A stretch of DNA of 32,000 bases from an archaeon. GTDB taxonomy: Archaea > Iainarchaeota > Iainarchaeia > Iainarchaeales > CSSED10-239. Where the stretch lies: NCBI GenBank assembly GCA_041657425.1, contig JBBABY010000002.1, positions 30,001-62,000 on the forward strand, in the 5' to 3' direction. A program made the translations under genes and the position numbers. Under the pieces are notes generated by a model. The model had not been told where the DNA came from. It ran no database searches and was given only the letters and a program-made list of their open reading frames with translations. This document shows positions 15,569 through 23,400 of this stretch, one piece after another (position 1 is the stretch's first letter; each line of letters opens with the position of its first letter).

Positions 15569-17743
15569 TTGAAGAAAAATAAAAACACTGGCTTAATCTA
15601 TGTAATAGCAATCTTACTTTTGATTGCAATCGTTTCTATATTTTTTGTAAATCAAAGTATAGGAAATGCAACAAAAGCAATTGATTCTAAAGCTGCTATT
15701 GAAACAATGGCACCAATTACAGAATATCAATCCCAAAACCTAAAAGAAATAACAGAATTTAATATTCCAACTAAAGAACAACTAGACACTACTTTCATTT
15801 CACAAACATTTAAAGAAAATACTGAAATTAACTTAAAATTAGATAAACCAATAAATGCACTTTCAGTAACTGGTAATGCAACTTTGCTATCAGAAGCTGG
15901 GCTTTTAAGAATTATACTTGTAGATTCAGAAAAGCATGAATATTTAGTTTATGAAACAAGTAGTCTATTAACAGAAAACAGTAAAGACACAAAGTTTGAA
16001 AACATTTGTGAAGAAACTTGTGTTCTTGATAAACCAATAACTGCAGTCTCAATGAAAATACAAGTAGAAGATGCAGTATTAGATATCTTTTCAATAAACA
16101 CACTTCCTGAAGATAAATTATTTACTGAAATTAAAGATATTAAAAGTTATAAACAACAAACTTTAGAAGCACAAAGCAAAGCAAAAATAGAAAAATACAA
16201 TTCTGCTCAAAAGAGTTGGACAGCAGGAGAAACATCTGTTTCTAATCTTTCATATGAAGAACAGAAAAGATTATTTACAAAAGAAGATGGAACAATACCA
16301 GAATATCTTCCAAACCTTCAAGGATTTTTATATTACAAAGGCGGGATATTCACTTTAAAAGAAAGCACAAATACAAATAATTCAAGAAACAATAATACTA
16401 ATACTACAATACAACCACCAATAACTCCCCCAGAAGCAGAACCAAATTATATACTTCCAGACTCTTGGGATTGGAGAAATGTACATGGAGAAAACTGGAA
16501 TACTTCTATTAAAAATCAAGGCCCATTCGGCACTTGCCAAAATTTTGCAACAATTGCATCTTTAGAAGCAGTTATAAACTTGTATTATAATAAACATCAA
16601 AATTCAGATTTATCTGAAAGAATATCACTATGTAATTATGAATTATACAATGGTGCGGATTTTAATATAACAACTAATCCTTGTTATGGTCTACAGTCAC
16701 CAAGTTGGTTTGGTTGTATAAATAAATTTTATGGAATAACTGACGAATTGTGCTCACCATATAGTTTTGAAGATATGGAGTGTACATATTGTAATGATCA
16801 TTCAAATAGAACCTGGAAAGTTTCAGATTTTTTTGGGCTTTATCCACAAGATTATATTCACACAGCAGTTTGGGATGAAGAAACACAGACAATAGTTACA
16901 AATGGACCATTAATAGATAGGTTTAAAGAAAAATTAATTAGCATAGATTTACTGAAAACAAATTTAATTAAATTTGGGCCACTTTCCACTATTTATACCC
17001 CTATGGATCACGGAATGTCGCTTGTGGGATATATTAATAATAATTGGGATATAAATGTTGTGAATAGTTGTGATATCAATTCTCTTTGCTATAATGCGCA
17101 ATGTATATCTGAATCGTGTAATAATTTTGATGAACAAATTACTAATTCATATAATGGTTATCCATTTACCTATGAGCAACAGTTTTGGAAATCCGGAACA
17201 TTTAATTATAGATGTGAAAATAATCCAGAAGATAATAATAATTTAATGTGGGACGGGGCATATAACCTCCAAGATTGTGAAAACAGCCAAATATCTATAA
17301 ATGGGCAATGTCTTAATGTTTCTACAGACACCATCGAATTTTTAACTTGTAACAGATTAACTAATGAGATATTAAAATACAAGTTAAATCATGAGGGGGT
17401 TATTTGGATATTTAAAAATAGTTGGGGCGAAAATTTTGGAGAAAATGGATATGTAAAAATTTATGATAATAATATAACTCATTTTTTAGCAGGAATTTAT
17501 AAAACCCCAATAACGCCACCAACAAATCAATCGTATTGGCCAGCTGGCTTTAATAACACTATAAATTGTGAAGATAAAGATGGAGATAATTATTGTAACT
17601 GGGGAATATCTGAAGAAAAACCAAGTACTTGCCCTTCTTTCTGCAAAGCAGAGAAAGATTGTGATGATTCTAATCCTGACCTTTTAGGGTTTAAATCTAA
17701 AACAAATTTAAATTGTAAATATAAGTATGAAATTGAAAGATAA
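15569..17743 (+). CDS. Membrane-anchored or secreted papain-like (C1 family) cysteine peptidase with Cys-rich insertion and C-terminal Cys/Asp-rich module
   Basis: 724-aa ORF with a TTG start and the N-terminal anchor GLIYVIAILLLIAIVSIFFV. Papain signatures are WDWR..IKNQGPFGTCQNFA (Cys323, codon 16535-16537), MDHGMSLVGY (His481, codon 17009-17011) and FKNSWGENFGENGYVKI (Asn617, codon 17417-17419). Confidence 0.8.
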   Translation: MKKNKNTGLIYVIAILLLIAIVSIFFVNQSIGNATKAIDSKAAIETMAPITEYQSQNLKEITEFNIPTKEQLDTTFISQTFKENTEINLKLDKPINALSVTGNATLLSEAGLLRIILVDSEKHEYLVYETSSLLTENSKDTKFENICEETCVLDKPITAVSMKIQVEDAVLDIFSINTLPEDKLFTEIKDIKSYKQQTLEAQSKAKIEKYNSAQKSWTAGETSVSNLSYEEQKRLFTKEDGTIPEYLPNLQGFLYYKGGIFTLKESTNTNNSRNNNTNTTIQPPITPPEAEPNYILPDSWDWRNVHGENWNTSIKNQGPFGTCQNFATIASLEAVINLYYNKHQNSDLSERISLCNYELYNGADFNITTNPCYGLQSPSWFGCINKFYGITDELCSPYSFEDMECTYCNDHSNRTWKVSDFFGLYPQDYIHTAVWDEETQTIVTNGPLIDRFKEKLISIDLLKTNLIKFGPLSTIYTPMDHGMSLVGYINNNWDINVVNSCDINSLCYNAQCISESCNNFDEQITNSYNGYPFTYEQQFWKSGTFNYRCENNPEDNNNLMWDGAYNLQDCENSQISINGQCLNVSTDTIEFLTCNRLTNEILKYKLNHEGVIWIFKNSWGENFGENGYVKIYDNNITHFLAGIYKTPITPPTNQSYWPAGFNNTINCEDKDGDNYCNWGISEEKPSTCPSFCKAEKDCDDSNPDLLGFKSKTNLNCKYKYEIER

Positions 17744-17769
17744 ATAGAATTTAAAAGGAGAAAATAAAT

Positions 17770-19044
17770 ATGGAAAAATATACAGCAAGAGGTTATGTCT
17801 CAGAGATAAGAAATTTTGGAAACTTAATGTTCTTTATCTTAAGGGATCAATTCAAAAGAGAACAGGTTACTTTCTTTAAGAAGGATAATCCTGAAATGTT
17901 TAATATAGCTAAGGACTTAACTAAAGAATCTGTTATTGTTGTTACTGGAGAGAAGAAGATTTCAGAACAAGCAATGAATGGCTATGAAGTAATTCCTGAA
18001 ACTCTTGAAATTATTTCCATTTCTGATGCTCCTGTTCCTCTTAACATTTCTGGAAAAATAGAGAGTACTTTTGATGCAAGAATCAATTATAGATATGTTG
18101 ATTTAAGAATTCCAGAAAACCTTGCAATCTTTAAAGTTAGATCTAAGATTGTTAGAGCAGTTACTGATTTCTTTGACAATCAAGGATTTGTTAATATCAA
18201 TACTCCAAAAATGGTAAGTAATGGAGTAGAGAGCGGTTCAGAGTTATTTGAAATAAAATACTTTGATAGACCAGCTTATCTTTCCCAGTCACCTCAAGTC
18301 TATAAGCAAATGATGATTGCTGCAGGTTTTAATAAAGTTTATGAGATTGGTGAAGTGTTTAGAGCAGAGAAGAGTCACACAACTAGACACTTAACTGAAT
18401 TTACTGGTATTGATATGGAAATGGGTTACATTAAAGACCAAGAAGAAGTTATGGCAACTTTAGAAAATATGTTAAAGTATGTTTTAACTGAAATTAAAAA
18501 TAATTGTAAAGAAGAACTTGAAATATTAAAAGTTGAAATCAAAATCCCAGACAAGATTCCAAGAATCACAATGAAAGAAGCAAAGATTATGTTAAAAGCA
18601 AAAGGAAAAACATTCCCACTTGAAGAAGACCTTGACTCTGAAGGAGAAAAGATGTTTGGAGATTTAGTTATGGAAAAATACGGAAGTGAATTTGTTTTCT
18701 TAACTGAGTTCCCTTTCGCTAAAAGACCTTTCTATCATATGTGTAAGGATGAAAAAGAAGATGGAATAAAAGTAACTAAAAGTTTTGATCTTATTTGGAA
18801 AGGTTGTGAAATATCAACAGGTGCTCAAAGAGAACATAGAACTGTTATCTTAAAGCAACAAATAACTGAAAAAGGACTTTCCCTTGAAGACATGGATTAT
18901 TATGTTAAGATGCTAAGCTATGGTGTTCCAAGCCATGGTGGAGCAGGACTTGGTCTTGACAGAATCACTCAATTAATGTTAAATCTTGCAAACGTCAAAG
19001 AAGCAGTACTTCTTCCAAGAGATCCTGAAAGATTAACTCCATAA
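17770..19044 (+). CDS. aspS: Aspartyl-tRNA synthetase, archaeal/eukaryal type
   Basis: 424-aa ORF with an N-terminal OB fold. Class II motifs are FRAEKSHTTRHLTEFTGIDMEM and GGAGLGLDR. AAGGAG lies upstream of the ATG. The size is typical of archaeal AspRS. Confidence 0.95.
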   Translation: MEKYTARGYVSEIRNFGNLMFFILRDQFKREQVTFFKKDNPEMFNIAKDLTKESVIVVTGEKKISEQAMNGYEVIPETLEIISISDAPVPLNISGKIESTFDARINYRYVDLRIPENLAIFKVRSKIVRAVTDFFDNQGFVNINTPKMVSNGVESGSELFEIKYFDRPAYLSQSPQVYKQMMIAAGFNKVYEIGEVFRAEKSHTTRHLTEFTGIDMEMGYIKDQEEVMATLENMLKYVLTEIKNNCKEELEILKVEIKIPDKIPRITMKEAKIMLKAKGKTFPLEEDLDSEGEKMFGDLVMEKYGSEFVFLTEFPFAKRPFYHMCKDEKEDGIKVTKSFDLIWKGCEISTGAQREHRTVILKQQITEKGLSLEDMDYYVKMLSYGVPSHGGAGLGLDRITQLMLNLANVKEAVLLPRDPERLTP

Positions 19045-19058
19045 AAAGGAGATTTTTT

Positions 19059-19131
19059 GGTCCCGTAGTCTAGCGGTTATGACGTTACCTTCACATGGTA
19101 GAGATCCCCGGTCCGAACCCGGGCAGGACCA
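19059..19131 (+). tRNA. tRNA-Val (anticodon CAC), no encoded CCA
   Basis: Hand-folded 73-nt cloverleaf. Acceptor GGTCCCG/CAGGACC has one C-A mismatch at 6:67. The anticodon stem is TTACC/GGTAG with loop TTCACAT. The T-arm is CCCGG-TCCGAAC-CCGGG and the discriminator is A. A T-rich tract follows. It lies 14 nt after aspS. Confidence 0.8.
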
Positions 19132-19140
19132 TCTTTTATT

Positions 19141-19716
19141 TTATCTAACTTCTATCTGTTCTAATTCATCTATATAAAACTCAGGAAGATAACAATCTCT
19201 AGAACCTTTTACAAGCGTTTGTTTATAACTATTTCCTGGTTTATCGTTAATTGCTAAATTGTTTACTTGGATATATATCTCTGCAGAAACTTTTTTCCCA
19301 CTTGGTAAAAAAACATCAATCCATTCTCTGTTGTAACTATTTAGATTTCTATCTCTGTCTTCTCTATATCCTTCAACAATATCAAGTTTTGCTATCTCTT
19401 CATCACTTAAAAGATAAAGACAACCATAAACGTCGTGCCCTGTTGTTGGAATCACACTACCAACCTCTCTTGGAAATATCAATCTATAGTCTTCTAGTTT
19501 TGCATAAGTTACTGGAACAATAGAATTATTATCAATCCTTTGTCTTAAAAGATTAATATCCATATTACTTCCATAACCAAAATAATAAGTTTTGTTAATA
19601 TCTTGTATTGCTTCTTTTACTATTACTTGCTTATCTCTAGTGTAATCTGCAAGAACTAGAAAGATGGTTCCTAAAAGTAACCCAATACAAAACAATATTA
19701 TTAATTTCTTAAACAT
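19141..19716 (-). CDS. Membrane-anchored gamma-glutamylcyclotransferase-like protein
   Basis: 191-aa ORF with the N-terminal TM helix LIILFCIGLLLGTIFLVLA. This is followed by YYFGYGSNMDINLLRQR (GGCT signature) and VEGY, as in the AIG2/GGCT fold. Confidence 0.7.
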   Translation of the reverse strand: MFKKLIILFCIGLLLGTIFLVLADYTRDKQVIVKEAIQDINKTYYFGYGSNMDINLLRQRIDNNSIVPVTYAKLEDYRLIFPREVGSVIPTTGHDVYGCLYLLSDEEIAKLDIVEGYREDRDRNLNSYNREWIDVFLPSGKKVSAEIYIQVNNLAINDKPGNSYKQTLVKGSRDCYLPEFYIDELEQIEVR

Positions 19717-19768
19717 ACTAAAAATAGTAAATAAAATGATTTATAAATTCTTGTCTTTTATATTAATT

Positions 19769-20452
19769 ATGAACTCTATTCAAAACATGTACAATATACT
19801 ACTTGAAAGCTATGGTAAGCAAGGTTGGTGGCCATTAACTAGCATTACTGAAAACAAAGGTTATCATCCAGGGAGATATTACTTACCAAGAACTCATGGA
19901 GAAATCTTTGAAGTGTATATTGGGGCAATATTAACTCAAGCAACAAATTGGAAGACTGTTGAGAAAGCAATCAAAAATCTTAAAGAACTTGATGCGTTGT
20001 CTCCAGAGAAATTAATAATTACAGACAGAACTTCTGTTATTGATGCAATCAAATCAACTGGTTACTATAATCAAAAATATAAAAGACTACTTGCAATCTC
20101 TGAATACTATTTAAAACTAGGAGAACGAAAACCAACAAGACATGAACTTCTTGGTATTGATGGGATTGGAAAAGAAACTGCAGACAGTATTCTTCTTTAT
20201 GCTTACAGAGACCCAGTATTTGTTGTTGATGCTTACACCATTAGAATACTTGAAAATCACAAATTGATTAAAAAGAAAGAAAAATATGAAAGTGTTCAGA
20301 AATTATTCTCAGATAGCATTCCAAGAGACTTTAAAGTATATCAAGAATTTCATGCACTCTTAGTAGAGCACGCAAAAAGATATTATATAAAAACTACACC
20401 AAAAGAGAAAAAGAAAAAAATAATATTTGATCCATTATTAATGGAAATTTAA
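19769..20452 (+). CDS. Endonuclease III-like HhH-GPD superfamily protein (no Fe-S cysteine cluster seen)
   Basis: The helix-hairpin-helix motif LLGIDGIGKETADSILLYAY is followed by VFVVDAYTIRIL. The N-terminus MNSIQNMYNILLESYGKQGWWP is typical of this family. I prefer the ATG at 19769 (alternative 19736) because the ORF-track start at 19664 overlaps the divergent gene. Confidence 0.7.
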   Translation: MNSIQNMYNILLESYGKQGWWPLTSITENKGYHPGRYYLPRTHGEIFEVYIGAILTQATNWKTVEKAIKNLKELDALSPEKLIITDRTSVIDAIKSTGYYNQKYKRLLAISEYYLKLGERKPTRHELLGIDGIGKETADSILLYAYRDPVFVVDAYTIRILENHKLIKKKEKYESVQKLFSDSIPRDFKVYQEFHALLVEHAKRYYIKTTPKEKKKKIIFDPLLMEI

Positions 20453-20453
20453 T

Positions 20454-23400
20454 TTATTTTGGTAATTTCCCACCATGTGCATTAGATAATGTTGAGATTA
20501 ATGAAGATTGCTCTTTTGTTTTCAATCCATAATAATACATATAATATTCTTTCTTAAATGCAAAATAGTTAGCTAATTTTAAAGTAATTGTTTTGATTGT
20601 GCCTATACCGCCATCTAATTCTGAAGAATATAGTTTAATTCCCGAATACATTACTAGCGTTCCAGTATATTTATATTTATAAATTACTGCAAAATTAAAA
20701 TTAATTGAATCAGAATGATCGTATACGTTTTTATGACTACCCCAGAATGGTTCTCTTATTCTCCCAGCAATATAATTCTCTTGAGAATTATCTATTAATC
20801 TTCTCCCGATATATCTTTTTAATCCCGCAGAAAAAACAACAGACGCATATTTACTTTGATTTGTCCAAACTAAATCTAATAACGCAATAATTTCTTTTCT
20901 ACTATCAATAGTTTTAAGATTTCCTGTAAGTTTTGTAACATCCCCAATTTTAGAATCTTTCTCAATTATAGAACTTAAATCTGCATCTCTAAAATCATTA
21001 ACCATTTCATCAAATGTATATTTATTTGCTTCATATTGTTTCCATGGTGCTTTCTCAATTTGCGCAATTCCATATGCGGGTTTCCCTATAAGAGCATTAC
21101 CATATTGTGATTGAGAACCAGTTATATTAGTAGAAGTCCCACTTTCTTGAGCAATACTTCCCCAAAATTGTGCAGTTTCTTCTAAACTATAATTAAATGC
21201 TTTTGTAACTCTAAAAACAATATAATTAAATTCACTAGATTGCGGTTTTACTACGTGTGCTTCATATTCTACATCTAATGCACTTTTTAAGAAACACGGA
21301 AATTTTGGATCAATTATATTACATTTATATGCATAATTTAAACTAACAGAAGTATTGTCATTTAACATTCTAAAATTTGAAATTAAATTATTTATATAAT
21401 TATCAACATCAGTCATGGTCTTTTTAGGAATTGATGATTTTATTATTGGTTTTCTTGCAGCCACAAGTGAATATTCAATATCATCAGTAATTAATGATTC
21501 TTCAATTTCTAAAAGTTTTCCTAAACCGCTGCTCTTATTAGAAATATAAACATAAGTTCCATTTGGAACAGAATTAAATAATGTAATCACATCATTATTT
21601 AACATTCTTATACAACCCAGAGATTTCTGTTGGCCCATAAATTTTTCATAATTTGTTCCATGTATATATATGCCTCTATAAACAGTATTTCTATTTCCAA
21701 TTTCACAACCAACTCCGATATTGCCTTTCTCTAGACCATCAAGAAAAAGTTTTCTAGTAACTACTTTTGCAACTCCTGAATTAAGTGTTGCAAATACTGG
21801 CTTCCCATTTTCTGTTTCACAACCGTTTTGTCCTATTATTTGTAATTTCTCACAATCTTTTCCTTGTTTTGCAATAATTTTAAATAATCCAATTGGCGTC
21901 TTTGAACTATCATTTTCACAACCAAATCCATTAACTCCTGTAGAAATTAGATGCTGTCCAATAATTTGTATTTTGCCTTGTGTTTTCTTTACTAAAAATA
22001 ATCGTTTATATTTCGCTAAGATTATTATCATCGCTTTATTATTGTCAAGAATTATTTGATTATCATATTCTATTGAATTTTCATTTGCATAATTTTTCTT
22101 ATAATAAATATCAAACTGCTTAGCAAGTATTTCATTATAAGTACTCTCTAAATCTTTATACATTTGTTTATCAATTGCGGTTTTTTGTGCACTTATACTT
22201 GCAAATTGGGTATTAAATGAATCAAAAGTATAACTTGGCAATTCTTCTACAGATTCCATTTCAAACTTACCAAGACTTATTCCTTCTTCTTTTGCTTTAT
22301 TTTTTATTTGCGCATACAAATCTTTAGAGATCATAATTTCTCTAATCTCACCATCTTCATACAATCCATAATCATTTCTTCCTCTTGCTACTGTTTTTAA
22401 GAACGCATCTAATTTTTCTATTTTAAATCTAGTACCCCAAGAATGCGCTATATAATGTGCATTACCAATCTTGCCTAAGTAAATAACAACATGACTATAC
22501 TTTTTATCAACATAGCTAGTATTTAGATGTTTAATACCCAAAATTGCACCAGGAATTAAATAATTCCAATTTTCTTCTAATAATCCCTTATCACTACTCC
22601 ATAAACTAATATTATTTTTTTGAACAGAAAGATTCCAGGCATTTGCAGAATCAAAATTATATCCAAATTGAAATATTGCAAAATTTCGGACAAATGCTGA
22701 ACAAAAATTAACTTTAGGATTTAACCAAAAATCTTTTGTTACAATTGTTGGAGTTTGAGACACACAACTTAATTTAAATGTAGGTTTAAACAAATTTTTA
22801 TTGTCTATTGTTTTAACGACATTACAAATATTATAATTATCAAATTCAAAATATTTATTAAATTCAGGAACAGATTTATTTAATTTAGAATATACTAAAT
22901 AATTATTTTTTAATGTTTCCAATTTTTTATCTATAATAACATTATTTAAATATATTTGCGCAGATTCTTGAGCAACCGCGTTATTCTGATTCTCATTTGG
23001 CACAATATAAATTGCAAATTGTGTTGTTGGTTGAACGGATGTGTTTGAAAATACAGTTTCTTGAAATAATTTATTTTGAGTTGTTACTTGCATTTGATTA
23101 ATTGGAGAATCTGCATATATTTGATTTTTATTTCCCTCTATAAATGAATCTATATTATTCCAAACTAGAAATTCATCATCTTTAAACACAAAACATTTAT
23201 TGCCTAAGCTAATATCTGCAATAATAGAAGAAATATTTTGTTTTTGATTATCTGTTCCATTTATCTTGTAAATATATTCTGTTTCATTTTTGTCAAAGTC
23301 CACATCGACCCAATTAAATAATAACGGAGAATTTGATTTCAATAATATTGGAGCCATTTTCAAATTTGGTTTGGAATACGGATAAATAATTGTCGTTTGT

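Noticed and set aside
19664-19768. Long N-terminal extension of the EndoIII-like ORF
   Set aside because: It overlaps the start of the divergent GGCT-like gene by 53 nt. It encodes low-complexity sequence, and family-typical N-terminal sequence begins at the Met at 19769.
21721-22059. Antisense ORFs inside long genes (21721-22059, 25339-25599, 25526-25711, 20705-20890, 13536-13823, 14179-14529, 15912-16103, 16674-16892, 10187-10432, 10655-10888, 6051-6254, 6294-6500, 2398-2583, 1910-2170, 12004-12225, 15394-15588, 19251-19523, 28845-29030)
   Set aside because: All are embedded in or opposite to well-supported genes. They lack SD elements and recognisable motifs, and they are of the size expected by chance.
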